A stretch of 64,000 nucleotides of DNA from Leptogorgia sarmentosa (Eukaryota). A program made the translations under genes and the position numbers. This document shows, piece after piece, positions 24,501 to 39,500 of this stretch (the stretch's first letter is position 1; every line of letters begins with the position of its first letter). The notes beneath the pieces were generated by a model that saw only the letters and a list, made by a program, of their open reading frames with translations, was not told the DNA's origin and did no database searches. The DNA lies in contig OZ210885.1 in the NCBI GenBank assembly GCA_964658305.1, forward strand, positions 16,492,001 through 16,556,000, read 5' to 3'.

Positions 24501-27500
24501 AGGAAAATACCGGTTCTCGTCTGATCACCAAAGTTAAGCCTAGGTGGGCAAAGTTAGTACTTGGATGGGTGACTACCTGGGAATACTTTGTGTTGTAGAC
24601 TTGCTTCATTTTATTGTATGTGTGTTTGTAAATAGGTTTGCTTTCAATTTCAACTTCAGGGTTTTGTTATTGTTACACGTTTAAAAAGTGTAACTTCCAT
24701 CAACAAATGTCTACAACCATACCAGTAGGAAAATACCGGTTCTCGTCTGATCACCGAAGTTAGGCCTAGGTGGGAAAAGTTAGTACTTGGATGGGTGACC
24801 ACCTGGGAATACTTTGTGTTGTAGACTTGCTTCATTTTATTGTATGTGTGTTTGTAAATAGGTTTGCTTTCAATTTCAACTTCAGGGTTTTGTTATTGTT
24901 ACACGTTTAAAAAGTGTAACTTCCATCAACAAATGTCTACGACCATACCAGTAGGAAAATACCGGTTCTCGTCTGATCACCGAAGTTAGGCCTAGGTGGG
25001 AAAAGTTTGTACTTGGATGGGTGACCACCTGGGAATACTTTGTGTTGTAGACTTGCTTCATTTTATTGTATGTGTGTTTGTAAATAGGTTTGCTTTCAAT
25101 TTCAACTTCAGGGTTTTGTTATTGTTACACGTTTAAAAAGTGTAACTTCCATCAACAAATGTCTACGACCATACCAGTAGGAAAATACCGGTTCTCGTCT
25201 GATCACCGAAGTTAAGCCTAGGTGGGCAAAGTTAGTACTTGGATGGGTGACCACCTGGGAATACTTTGTGTTGTAGACTTGCTTCATTTTATTGTATGTG
25301 TGTTTGTAAATAGGTTTGCTTTCAATTTCACCTTCAGGGTTTTGTTATTGTTACACGTTTAAAAAGTGTAACTTCCATCAACAAATGTCTACGACCATAC
25401 CAGTAGGAAAATACCGGTTCTCGTCTGATCACCGAACTTAAGCCTAGGTGGGAACAGTTAGTACTTGGATGGGTGACCACCTGGGAATACTTTGTGTTGT
25501 AGACTTGCTTCATTTTATTGTATGTGTGTTTGTAAATAGGTTTGCTTTCAATTTCAACTTCAGGGTTTTGTTATTGTTACACATTTAAAAAGTGTAACTT
25601 CCATCAACAAATGTCTACGACCATACCAGTAGGAAAATACCGGTTCTCGTCTGATCACCGAAGTTAAGCCTAGGTGGGCAAAGTTAGTACTTGGATGGGT
25701 GACCACCTGGGAATACTTTGTGTTGTAGACTTGCTTCGTTTTATTGTATGTGTGTTCGTAAATAGGTTTGCTTTCAATGTAAACTTCAGGGATTTTGTTA
25801 TTGCTACATCTGGAAATACTTTGTATTGTTGTTTTCCTAAATGTTATTTAATCCCTATTTGTAAATATAATTCCTTTCAATTTCAACTTCAGGGTTTTGT
25901 TATTGTTACACATTTAAAAAGTGTAACTTGCATCAACAAATGTCTACGACCGTACGAGTAGGAAAATACCGGTTCTCGTCTGATCACCGAAGTTAAGCCT
26001 AGGTGGGCAAAGTTAGTATTTGCATGGGTGACCACCTGGGAATACTTTGTGTTGTAGACTTACTTCATTTTATTGCATGTGTGTTTGTAAATAGGTTTGC
26101 TTTCAATGTAAACTTCAGGGATTTTGTTATTGCTACATCTGGAAATACTTTGTATTGTTGTTTTGCTAAATGTTATTTAATGCCTATTTGTAAATATAAT
26201 TCCTTTCAACTTCAACTTCAGGGTTTTGTTATTGTTACACGTTTAAAAAGTGTAACTTCCATCAACAAGTGTCTACAACCATACCAGTAGGAAAATACCG
26301 ATTCTCGTCTGATCACCGAAGTTAAGGCTAGGTGGGCAAAGTTAGTAGTTGGATGGGTGACCACCTGGGAATACTTTGTGTTGTAGACTTGCTTCATTTT
26401 GTTGTATGTGTGTTTGTAAGTAGGTTTGCTTTCAATTTCAACTTCAGGGTTTTGTTATTGTTACACGTTTGAAAAGTGTAACTTCCATCAATAAATGTCT
26501 ACGACCATACCAGTAGGAAAATACCGGTTCTCGTCTGATCACCGAAGTTAGGCCTAGGTGGGAAAAGTTAGTACTTGGATGGGTGACCACCTGGGAATAC
26601 TTTGTGTTGTAGACTTGCTTCATTTTATTGTATGTGTGTTTGTAAATAGGTTTGCTTTCAATTTCAACTTCAGGGATTTTGTTATTGCTACATCTGGAAA
26701 TATTTTGTATTGTTGTTTTGCTAAATGTTATTTAATGCCTATTTGTAAATATAATTCCTTTCAACTTCAACTTCAGGGTTTTATTATTGTTACACGTTTA
26801 AAAAGTGTAACTTCCATCAACAAGTGTCTACGACCATACCAGTAGGAAAATACCGGTTCTCGTCTGATCACCGAAGTTAAGCCTAGGTGGGAAAAGTTAG
26901 TACTTGGATGGGTGACCACCTGGGAATACTTTGTGTTGTAGACTTGCTTCATTTTATTGTATGTGTGTTTGTAAATAGGTTTGCTTTCAATTTCAACTTC
27001 AGGGTTTTGTTATTAATACACACGTTTAAAAAGTGTAACTTCCATCAACAAATGTCTACAACCATACCAGTAGGAAAATACCGGTTCTCGTCTGATCACC
27101 GAAGTTAGGCCTAGGTGGGAAAAGTTAGTACTTGGATGGGTGACCACCTGGGAATACTTTGTGTTGTAGACTTGCTTCATTTTATTGTATGTGTGTTTGT
27201 AAATAGGTTTGCTTTCAATTTCAACTTCAGGGTTTTGTTATTGTTACACGTTTAAAAAGTGTAACTTCCATCAACAAATGTCTACCACCATACCAGTAGG
27301 AAAATACCGGTTCTCGTCTGATCACCGAAGTAAAGCCTAGGTGGGCAAAGTTAGTACTTGGATGGGTGACCACCTGGGAATACTTTGTGTTGTAGACTTG
27401 CTTCATTTTATTGTATGTGTGTTTGTAAGTAGGTTTGCTTTCAATTTCAACTTCAGGGTTTTGTTATTGTTACACGTTTAAAAAGTGTAAGTTCCATCAA

Positions 27501-27599
27501 CAAATGTCTACGACCATACCAGTAGGAAAATACCGGTTCTCGTCTGATCACCGAAGTTAAGCCCAGGTGGGCAAAGTTAGTACTTGGATGGGTGACTAC

Positions 27600-30150
27600 C
27601 TGGGAATACTTTGTGTTGTAGACTTGCTTCATTTTATTGTATGTGTGTTTGTAAATAGGTTTGCTTTCAATTTCAACTTCAGGGTTTTGTTATTGTTACA
27701 CGTTTAAAAAGTGTAACTTCCATCAACAAATGTCTACGACCATACCAGTAGGAAAATACCGGTTCTCGTCTGATCACCGAAGTTAGGCCTAGGTGGGAAA
27801 AGTTAGTACTTGGATGGGTGACCACCTGGGAATACTTTGTGTTGTAGACTTGCTTCATTTTATTGTATGTGTGTTTGTAAATAGGTTTGCTTTCAATTTC
27901 AACTTCAGGGATTTTGTTATTGCTACATCTGGAAATATTTTGTATTGTTGTTTTGCTAAATGTTATTTAATGCCTATTTGTAAATATAATTCCTTTCAAC
28001 TTCAACTTCAGGGTTTTATTATTGTTATACGTTTAAAAAGTGTAACTTCCATCAACAAGTGTCTACGACCATACCAGTAGGAAAATACCGGTTCTCGTCT
28101 GATCACCGAAGTTAAGCCTAGGTGGGAAAAGTTAGTACTTGGATGGGTGACCACCTGGGAATACTTTGTGTTGTAGACTTGCTTCATTTTATTGTATGTG
28201 TGTTTGTAAATAGGTTTGCTTTCAATTTCAACTTCAGGGTTTTGTTATTGTTACACGTTTAAAAAGTGTAACTTCCATCAACAAATGTCTACGACCATAC
28301 CAGTAGGAAAATACCGGTTCTCGTCTGATCACCGAAGTTAAGCCTAGGTGGGCAAAGTTAGTACTTGGATGGGTGACCACCTGGGAATACTTTGTGTTGT
28401 AGACTTGCTTCATTTTATTGTATGTGTGTTTGTAAATAGGTTTGCTTTCAATATAAACTTCAGGGATTTTGTTATTGCTACATCTGGAAATACTTTGTAT
28501 TGTTGTTTTGCTAAATTTTATTTAATGCCTATTTGTAAATATAATTCCTTTCAATTTCAACTTCAGGGTTTTGTTATTAATACACACGTTTAAAAAGTGT
28601 AACTTCCATCAACAAATGTCTACAACCATACCAGTAGGAAAATACCGGTTCTCGTCTGATCACCGAAGTTAGGCCTAGGTGGGAAAAGTTAGTACTTGGA
28701 TGGGTGACCACCTGGGAATACTTTGTGTTGTAGACTTGCTTCATTTTATTGTATGTGTGTTTGTAAATAGGTTTGCTTTCAATTTCAACTTCAGGGTTTT
28801 GTTATTGTTACACGTTTAAAAAGTGTAACTTCCATCAACAAATGTCTACCACCATACCAGTAGGAAAATACCGGTTCTCGTCTGATCACCGAAGTAAAGC
28901 CTAGGTGGGCAAAGTTAGTACTTGGATGGGTGACCACCTGGGAATACTTTGTGTTGTAGACTTGCTTCATTTTATTGTATGTGTGTTTGTAAGTAGGTTT
29001 GCTTTCAATTTCAACTTCAGGGTTTTGTTATTGTCACACGTTTAAAAAGTGTAAGTTCCATCAACAAATGTCTACGACCATACCAGTAGGAAAATACCGG
29101 TTCTCGTCTGATCACCGAAGTTAAGCCTAGGTGGGCAAAGTTAGTACTTGGATGGGTGACTACCTGGGAATACTTTGTGTTGTAGACTTGCTTCATTTTA
29201 TTGTATGTGTGTTTGTAAATAGGTTTGCTTTCAATTTCAACTTCAGGGTTTTGTTATTGTTACACGTTTAAAAAGTGTAACTTCCATCAACAAATGTCTA
29301 CGACCATACCAGTAGGAAAATACCGGTTCTCGTCTGATCACCGAAGTTAAGCCTAGGTGGGCAAAGTTAGTACTTGGATGGGTGACCACCTGGGAATACT
29401 TTGTGTTGTAGACTTGCTTCATTTTATTGTATGTGTGTTTGTAAATAGGTTTGCTTTCAATATAAACTTCAGGGATTTTGTTATTGCTACATCTGGAAAT
29501 ACTTTGTATTGTTGTTTTGCTAAATTTTATTTAATGCCTATTTGTAAATATAATTCCTTTCAATTTCAACTTCAGGGTTTTGTTATTGTTACACGTTTAA
29601 AAAGTGTAACTTCCATCAACAAATGTCTACGACCATACCAGTAGGAAAATACCGGTTCTCGTCTGATCACCGAAGTTAAGCCTAGGTGGGCAAAGTTAGT
29701 ACTTGGATGGGTGACTACCTGGGAATACTTTGTGTTGTAGACTTGCTTCATTTTATTGTATGTGTGTTTGTAAATAGGTTTGCTTTCAATTTCAACTTCA
29801 GGGTTTTGTTATTGTTACACGTTTAAAAAGTGTAACTTCCATCAACAAATGTCTACAACCATACCAGTAGGAAAATACCGGTTCTCGTCTGATCACCGAA
29901 GTTAGGCCTAGGTGGGAAAAGTTAGTACTTGGATGGGTGACCACCTGGGAATACTTTGTGTTGTAGACTTGCTTCATTTTATTGTATGTGTGTTTGTAAA
30001 TAGGTTTGCTTTCAATTTCAACTTCAGGGTTTTGTTATTGTTACACGTTTAAAAAGTGTAACTTCCATCAACAAATGTCTACCACCATACCAGTAGGAAA
30101 ATACCGGTTCTCGTCTGATCACCAAAGTTAAGCCTAGGTGGGCAAAGTTA
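27600..30150 (+). repeat. Copy of block ~20550-23100 (offset 7053)
   Basis: 20740>27793, 21295>28348, 22304>29357, with shared private variants TAAATTTTATT and TTGTCACAC. Boundaries are approximate. Confidence 0.85.
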
Positions 30151-33100
30151 GTACTTGGATGGGTGACTACCTGGGAATACTTTGTGTTGTAGACTTGCTT
30201 CATTTTATTGTATGTGTGTTTGTAAATAGGTTTGCTTTCAATTTCAACTTCAGGGTTTTGTTATTGTTACACGTTTAAAAAGTGTAACTTCCATCAACAA
30301 ATGTCTACAACCATACCAGTAGGAAAATACCGGTTCTCGTCTGATCACCGAAGTTAGGCCTAGGTGGGAAAAGTTAGTACTTGGATGGGTGACCACCTGG
30401 GAATACTTTGTGTTGTAGACTTGCTTCATTTTATTGTATGTGTTTTTGTAAATAGGTTTGCTTTCAATTTCAACTTCAGGGTTTTGTTATTGTTACACGT
30501 TTAAAAAGTGTAACTTCCATCAACAAATGTCTACGACCATACCGGTAGGAAAATACCGGTTCTCGTCTGATCATCGAAGTTAGGCCTAGGTGGGAAAAGT
30601 TTGTACTTGGATGGGTGACCACCTGGGAATACTTTGTGTTGTAGACTTGCTTCATTTTATTGTATGTGTGTTTGTAAATAGGTTTGCTTTCAATTTCAAC
30701 TTCAGGGTTTTGTTATTGTTACACGTTTAAAAAGTGTAACTTCCATCAACAAATGTCTACGACCATACCAGTAGGAAAATACCGGTTCTCGTCTGATCAC
30801 CGAAGTTAAGCCTAGGTGGGCAAAGTTAGTACTTGGATGGGTGACCACCTGGGAATACTTTGTGTTGTAGACTTGCTTCATTTTATTGTATGTGTGTTTG
30901 TAAATAGGTTTGCTTTCAATTTCACCTTCAGGGTTTTGTTATTGTTACACGTTTAAAAAGTGTAACTTCCATCAACAAATGTCTACGACCATACCAGTAG
31001 GAAAATACCGGTTCTCGTCTGATCACCGAACTTAAGCCTAGGTGGGAACAGTTAGTACTTGGATGGGTGACCACCTGGGAATACTTTGTGTTGTAGACTT
31101 GCTTCATTTTATTGTATGTGTGTTTGTAAATAGGTTTGCTTTCAATTTCAACTTCAGGGTTTTGTTATTGTTACACATTTAAAAAGTGTAACTTCCATCA
31201 ACAAATGTCTACGACCATACCAGTAGGAAAATACCGGTTCTCGTCTGATCACCGAAGTTAAGCCTAGGTGGGTAAAGTTAGTACTTGGATGGGTGACCAC
31301 CTGGGAATACTTTGTGTTGTAGACTTGCTTCGTTTTATTGTATGTGTGTTCGTAAATAGGTTTGCTTTCAATGTAAACTTCAGGGATTTTGTTATTGCTA
31401 CATCTGGAAATACTTTGTATTGTTGTTTTCCTAAATGTTATTTAATCCCTATTTGTAAATATAATTCCTTTCAATTTCAACTTCAGGGTTTTGTTATTGT
31501 TACACATTTAAAAAGTGTAACTTGCATCAACAAATGTCTACGACCGTACGAGTAGGAAAATACCGGTTCTCGTCTGATCACCGAAGTTAAGCCTAGGTGG
31601 GCAAAGTTAGTATTTGCATGGGTGACCACCTGGGAATACTTTGTGTTGTAGACTTACTTCATTTTATTGCATGTGTGTTTGTAAATAGGTTTGCTTTCAA
31701 TGTAAACTTCAGGGATTTTGTTATTGCTACATCTGGAAATACTTTGTATTGTTGTTTTGCTAAATGTTATTTAATGCCTATTTGTAAATATAATTCCTTT
31801 CAACTTCAACTTCAGGGTTTTGTTATTGTTACACGTTTAAAAAGTGTAACTTCCATCAACAAGTGTCTACAACCATACCAGTAGGAAAATACCGATTCTC
31901 GTCTGATCACCGAAGTTAAGCCTAGGTGGGCAAAGTTAGTAGTTGGATGGGTGACCACCTGGGAATACTTTGTGTTGTAGACTTGCTTCATTTTGTTGTA
32001 TGTGTGTTTGTAAGTAGGTTTGCTTTCAATTTCAACTTCAGGGTTTTGTTATTGTTACACGTTTAAAAAGTGTAACTTCCATCAATAAATGTCTACGACC
32101 ATACCAGTAGGAAAATACCGGTTCTCGTCTGATCACCGAAGTTAGGCCTAGGTGGGAAAAGTTAGTACTTGGATGGGTGACCACCTGGGAATACTTTGTG
32201 TTGTAGACTTGCTTCATTTTATTGTATGTGTGTTTGTAAATAGGTTTGCTTTCAATTTCAACTTCAGGGTTTTGTTATTGTTACACGTTTAAAAAGTGTA
32301 ACTTCCATCAACAAATGTCTACGACCATACCAGTAGGAAAATACCGGTTTTCGTCTGATCACCGAAGTTAGGCCTAGGTGGGAAAAGTTAGTACTTGGAT
32401 GGGTGACCACCAGGGAATACTTTGTGTTGTAGACTTGCTTCATTTTATTGTATGTGTGTTTGTAAATAGGTTTGCTTTCAATTTCAACTTCAGGGTTTTG
32501 TTATTGTTACATCTGGAAATACTTTGTATTGTTGTTTTGCTAAATGTTATTTAATCCCTATTTGTAAATATAATTCCTTTCAATTTCAACTTCAGGGTTT
32601 TGTTATTGTTACACGTTTAAAAAGTGTAACTTCCATCAACAAATGTCTACGACCATACCAGTAGGAAAATACCGGTTCTCGTCTGATCACCGAAGTTAAG
32701 CCTAGGTGGGCAAAGTTAGTACTTGGATGGGTGACTACCTGGGAATACTTTGTGTTGTAGACTTGCTTCATTTTATTGTATGTGTGTTTGTAAATAGGTT
32801 TGCTTTCAATTTCAACTTCAGGGTTTTGTTATTAATACACACGTTTAAAAAGTGTAACTTCCATCAACAAATGTCTACAACCATACCAGTAGGAAAATAC
32901 CGGTTCTCGTCTGATCACCGAAGTTAGGCCTAGGTGGGAAAAGTTAGTACTTGGATGGGTGACCACCTGGGAATACTTTGTGTTGTAGACTTGCTTCATT
33001 TTATTGTATGTGTGTTTGTAAATAGGTTTGCTTTCAATTTCAACTTCAGGGTTTTGTTATTGTTACACGTTTAAAAAGTGTAACTTCCATCAACAAATGT

Positions 33101-33584
33101 CTACCACCATACCAGTAGGAAAATACCGGTTCTCGTCTGATCACCGAAGTAAAGCCTAGGTGGGCAAAGTTAGTACTTGGATGGGTGACCACCTGGGAAT
33201 ACTTTGTGTTGTAGACTTGCTTCATTTTATTGTATGTGTGTTTGTAAGTAGGTTTGCTTTCAATTTCAACTTCAGGGTTTTGTTATTGTTACACGTTTAA
33301 AAAGTGTAAGTTCCATCAACAAATGTCTACGACCATACCAGTAGGAAAATACCGGTTCTCGTCTGATCACCGAAGTTAAGCCTAGGTGGGCAAAGTTAGT
33401 ACTTGGATGGGTGACTACCTGGGAATACTTTGTGTTGTAGACTTGCTTCATTTTATTGTATGTGTGTTTGTAAATAGGTTTGCTTTCAATTTCAACTTCA
33501 GGGTTTTGTTATTGTTACACGTTTAGAAAGTGTAACTTCCATCAACAAATGTCTACGACCATACCAGTAGGAAAATACCGGTTT

Positions 33585-36500
33585 TCGTCTGATCACCGAA
33601 GTTAGGCCTAGGTGGGAAAAGTTAGTACTTGGATGGGTGACCACCTGGGAATACTTTGTGTTGTAGACTTGCTTCATTTTATTGTATGTGTGTTTGTAAA
33701 TAGGTTTGCTTTCAATTTCAACTTCAGGGATTTTGTTATTGCTACATCTGGAAATATTTTGTATTGTTGTTTTGCTAAATGTTATTTAATGCCTATTTGT
33801 AAATATAATTCCTTTCAATTTCAACTTCAGGGTTTTGTTATTGTTACACATTTAAAAAGTGTAACTTGCATCAACAAATGTCTACGACCGTACGAGTAGG
33901 AAAATACCGGTTCTCGTCTGATCACCGAAGTTAAGCCTAGGTGGGCAAAGTTAGTATTTGCATGGGTGACCACCTGGGAATACTTTGTGTTGTAGACTTA
34001 CTTCATTTTATTGCATGTGTGTTTGTAAATAGGTTTGCTTTCAATGTAAACTTCAGGGATTTTGTTATTGCTACATCTGGAAATACTTTGTATTGTTGTT
34101 TTGCTAAATGTTATTTAATGCCTATTTGTAAATATAATTCCTTTCAACTTCAACTTCAGGGTTTTGTTATTGTTACACGTTTAAAAAGTGTAACTTCCAT
34201 CAACAAGTGTCTACAACCATACCAGTAGGAAAATACCGATTCTCGTCTGATCACCGAAGTTAAGCCTAGGTGGGCAAAGTTAGTAGTTGGATGGGTGACC
34301 ACCTGGGAATACTTTGTGTTGTAGACTTGCTTCATTTTGTTGTATGTGTGTTTGTAAGTAGGTTTGCTTTCAATTTCAACTTCAGGGTTTTGTTATTGTT
34401 ACACGTTTAAAAAGTGTAACTTCCATCAATAAATGTCTACGACCATACCAGTAGGAAAATACCGGTTCTCGTCTGATCACCGAAGTTAGGCCTAGGTGGG
34501 AAAAGTTAGTACTTGGATGGGTGACCACCTGGGAATACTTTGTGTTGTAGACTTGCTTCATTTTATTGTATGTGTGTTTGTAAATAGGTTTGCTTTCAAT
34601 TTCAACTTCAGGGATTTTGTTATTGCTACATCTGGAAATATTTTGTATTGTTGTTTTGCTAAATGTTATTTAATGCCTATTTGTAAATATAATTCCTTTC
34701 AACTTCAACTTCAGGGTTTTATTATTGTTACACGTTTAAAAAGTGTAACTTCCATCAACAAGTGTCTACGACCATACCAGTAGGAAAATACCGGTTCTCG
34801 TCTGATCACCGAAGTTAAGCCTAGGTGGGAAAAGTTAGTACTTGGATGGGTGACCACCTGGGAATACTTTGTGTTGTAGACTTGCTTCATTTTATTGTAT
34901 GTGTGTTTGTAAATAGGTTTGCTTTCAATTTCAACTTCAGGGTTTTGTTATTGTTACACGTTTAAAAAGTGTAACTTCCATCAACAAATGTCTACGACCA
35001 TACCAGTAGGAAAATACCGGTTCTCGTCTGATCACCGAAGTTAAGCCTAGGTGGGCAAAGTTAGTACTTGGATGGGTGACCACCTGGGAATACTTTGTGT
35101 TGTAGACTTGCTTCATTTTATTGTATGTGTGTTTGTAAATAGGTTTGCTTTCAATGTAAACTTCAGGGATTTTGTTATTGCTACATCTGGAAATACTTTG
35201 TATTGTTGTTTTCCTAAATGTTATTTAATGCCTATTTGTAAATATAATTCCTTTCAATTTCAACTTCAGGGTTTTGTTATTGTTACACATTTAAAAAGTG
35301 TAACTTGCATCAACAAATGTCTACGACCGTACGAGTAGGAAAATACCGGTTCTCGTCTGATCACCGAAGTTAAGCCTAGGTGGGCAAAGTTAGTACTTGG
35401 ATGGGTGACTACCTGCGAATACTTTGTGTTGTAGACTTGCTTCATTTTATTGTATGTGTGTTTGTAAATATAATTCCTTTCAATCTCAACTTCAGGGTTT
35501 TGTTATTGTTACACGTTTAAAAAGTGTAACTTCCATCAATAAATGTCTACGACCATACCACTAGGAAAATACCGGTTCTCGTCTGATCACCGAAGTTAAG
35601 CGTAGGTGGGAAAAGTTAGTACTTGGATGGGTGACCACCTGGGAATACTTTGTGTTGTAGATTTGCTTCATTTTATTGTATGTGTGTTTTTAAATAGGTT
35701 TGCTTTCAATTTCAACTTCAGGGTTTTGTTATTGTTACACGTTTAAAAAGTGTAACTTCCATCAACAAATGTCTACGACCATACCAGTAGGAAAATACCG
35801 GTTCTCGTCTGATCACTGAAGTTAGGCCTAGGTAGGCAAAGTTAGTACTTGGATGGGTGACCACCTGGGAATACTTTGTGTTGTAGACTTGCTTCATTTT
35901 ATTGTATGTTTGTTTGTAAATAGGTTTGCTTTCAATGTAAACTTCAGGGATTTTGTTATTGCTACATCTGGAAATACTTTGTATTGTTGTTTTGCTAAAT
36001 GTTATTTAATCCCTATTTGTAAATATAATTCCTTTCAATTTCAACTTCAGGGTTCTGTTATTGTTACACGTTTAAAAAGTGTAACTTCCATCAACAAATG
36101 CCTACGACCGTACGAGTAGGAAAATACCGGTTCTCGTCTGATCACCGAAGTTAAGCCTAGGTGGGTAAAGTTAGCAGTTGGATGGGTGACCACCTGGGAA
36201 TACTTTGCGTTGTAGACTTGCTTCATTTTGTTGTATGTGTGTTTGTAAGTAGGTTTGCTTTCAATTTCAACTTCAGGGTTTTGTTATTGTTACACGTTTA
36301 AAAAGTGTAACTTCCATCAACAAATGTCTACCACCATACCAGTAGGAAAATACCGGTTCTCGTCTGATCACCGAAGTTAAGCCTAGGTGGGCAAAGTTAG
36401 TACTTGGATGGGTGACTACCTGGGAATACTTTGTGTTGTAGACTTGCTTCATTTTATTGTTTGTGTGTTTGTAAATAGGTTTGCTTTCAATTTCAACTTC

Positions 36501-39500
36501 AGGGTTTTGTTATTGTTACACGTTTAAAAAGTGTAACTTCCATCAACAAATGTCTACGACCATACCAGTAGGAAAATACCGGTTCTCGTCTGATCACCGA
36601 AGTTAAGCCTAGGTGGGCAAAGTTAGTACTTGGATGGGTGACCACCTGGGAATACTTTGTGTTGTAGACTTGCTTCATTTTGTTGTATGTGTGTTTGTAA
36701 GTAGGTTTGCTTTCAATTTCAACTTCAGGGTTTTGTTATTGTTACACGTTTAAAAAGTGTAACTTCCATCAACAAATGTCTACGACCATACCAGTAGGTA
36801 AATACCGGTTCTCGTCTGATCACCGAAGTTAAGCCTAGGTGGGCAAAGTTAGTACTTGGATGGGTGACTACCTGGGAATACTTTGTGTTGTAGACTTGCT
36901 TCATTTTATTGTATGTGTGTTTGTAAATAGGTTTGCTTTCAATTTCAACTTCAGGGTTTTGTTATTAATACACACGTTTAAAAAGTGTAACTTCCATCAA
37001 CAAATGTCTACAACCATACCAGTAGGAAAATACCGGTTCTCGTCTGATCACCGAAGTTAGGCCTAGGTGGGAAAAGTTAGTACTTGGATGGGTGACCACC
37101 TGGGAATACTTTGTGTTGTAGACTTGCTTCATTTTATTGTATGTGTGTTTGTAAATAGGTTTGCTTTCAATTTCAACTTCAGGGATTTTGTTATTGCTAC
37201 ATCTGGAAATACTTTGTATTGTTGTTTTGCTTAATGTTATTTAATGCCTATTTGTAAATATAATTCCTTTCAACTTCAACTTCAGGGTTTTGTTATTGTT
37301 ACACGTTTAAAAAGTGTAACTTCCATCAACAAGTGTCTACAACCATACCAGTAGGAAAATACCGATTCTCGTCTGATCACCGAAGTTAAGCCTAGGTGGG
37401 CAAAGTTAGTAGTTGGATGGGTGACCACCTGGGAATACTTTGTGTTGTAGACTTGCTTCATTTTGTTGTATGTGTGTTTGTAAGTAGGTTTGCTTTCAAT
37501 TTCAACTTCAGGGTTTTGTTATTGTTACACGTTTAAAAAGTGTAACTTCCATCAATAAATGTCTACGACCATACCAGTAGGAAAATACCGGTTCTCGTCT
37601 GATCACCGAAGTTAGGCCTAGGTGGGAAAAGTTAGTACTTGGATGGGTGACCACCTGGGAATACTTTGTGTTGTAGACTTGCTTCATTTTATTGTATGTG
37701 TGTTTGTAAATAGGTTTGCTTTCAATTTCAACTTCAGGGATTTTGTTATTGCTACATCTGGAAATATTTTGTATTGTTGTTTTGCTAAATGTTATTTAAT
37801 GCCTATTTGTAAATATAATTCCTTTCAACTTCAACTTCAGGGTTTTATTATTGTTACACGTTTAAAAAGTGTAACTTCCATCAACAAGTGTCTACGACCA
37901 TACCAGTAGGAAAATACCGGTTCTCGTCTGATCACCGAAGTTAAGCCTAGGTGGGAAAAGTTAGTACTTGGATGGGTGACCACCTGGGAATACTTTGTGT
38001 TGTAGACTTGCTTCATTTTATTGTATGTGTGTTTGTAAATAGGTTTGCTTTCAATTTCAACTTCAGGGTTTTGTTATTGTTACACGTTTAAAAAGTGTAA
38101 CTTCCATCAACAAATGTCTACGACCATACCAGTAGGAAAATACCGGTTCTCGTCTGATCACCGAAGTTAAGCCTAGGTGGGCAAAGTTAGTACTTGGATG
38201 GGTGACCACCTGGGAATACTTTGTGTTGTAGACTTGCTTCATTTTATTGTATGTGTGTTTGTAAATAGGTTTGCTTTCAATGTAAACTTCAGGGATTTTG
38301 TTATTGCTACATCTGGAAATACTTTGTATTGTTGTTTTCCTAAATGTTATTTAATGCCTATTTGTAAATATAATTCCTTTCAATTTCAAGTTCAGGGTTT
38401 TGTTATTGTTACACATTTAAAAAGTGTAACTTGCATCAACAAATGTCTACGACCGTACGAGTAGGAAAATACCGGTTCTCGTCTGATCACCGAAGTTAAG
38501 CCTAGGTGGGCAAAGTTAGTACTTGGATGGGTGACTACCTGCGAATACTTTGTGTTGTAGACTTGCTTCATTTTATTGTATGTGTGTTTGTAAATATAAT
38601 TCCTTTCAATCTCAACTTCAGGGTTTTGTTATTGTTACACGTTTAAAAAGTGTAACTTCCATCAATAAATGTCTACGACCATACCACTAGGAAAATACCG
38701 GTTCTCGTCTGATCACCGAAGTTAAGCGTAGGTGGGAAAAGTTAGTACTTGGATGGGTGACCACCTGGGAATAATTTGTGTTGTAGATTTGCTTCATTTT
38801 ATTGTATGTGTGTTTTTAAATAGGTTTGCTTTCAATTTCAACTTCAGGGTTTTGTTATTGTTACACGTTTAAAAAGTGTAACTACCATCAACAAATGTCT
38901 ACGACCATACCAGTAGGAAAATACCGGTTCTCGTCTGATCACTGAAGTTAGGCCTAGGTAGGCAAAGTTAGTACTTGGATGGGTGACCACCTGGGAATAC
39001 TTTGTGTTGTAGACTTGCTTCATTTTATTGTATGTGTGTTTGTAAATAGGTTTGCTTTCAATGTAAACTTCAGGGATTTTGTTATTGCTACATCTGGAAA
39101 TACTTTGTATTGTTGTTTTGCTAAATGTTATTTAATCCCTATTTGTAAATATAATTCCTTTCAATTTCAACTTCAGGGTTCTGTTATTGTTACACGTTTA
39201 AAAAGTGTAACTTCCATCAAATGCCTACGACCGTACGAGTAGGAAAATACCGGTTCTCGTCTGATCACCGAAGTTAAGCCTAGGTGGGTAAAGTTAGCAG
39301 TTGGATGGGTGACCACCTGGGAATACTTTGCGTTGTAGACTTGCTTCATTTTGTTGTATGTGTGTTTGTAAGTAGGTTTGCTTTCAATTTCAACTTCAGG
39401 GTTTTGTTATTGTTACACGTTTAAAAAGTGTAACTTCCATCAACAAATGTCTACGACCATACCAGTAGGAAAATACCGGTTCTCGTCTGATCACCGAAGT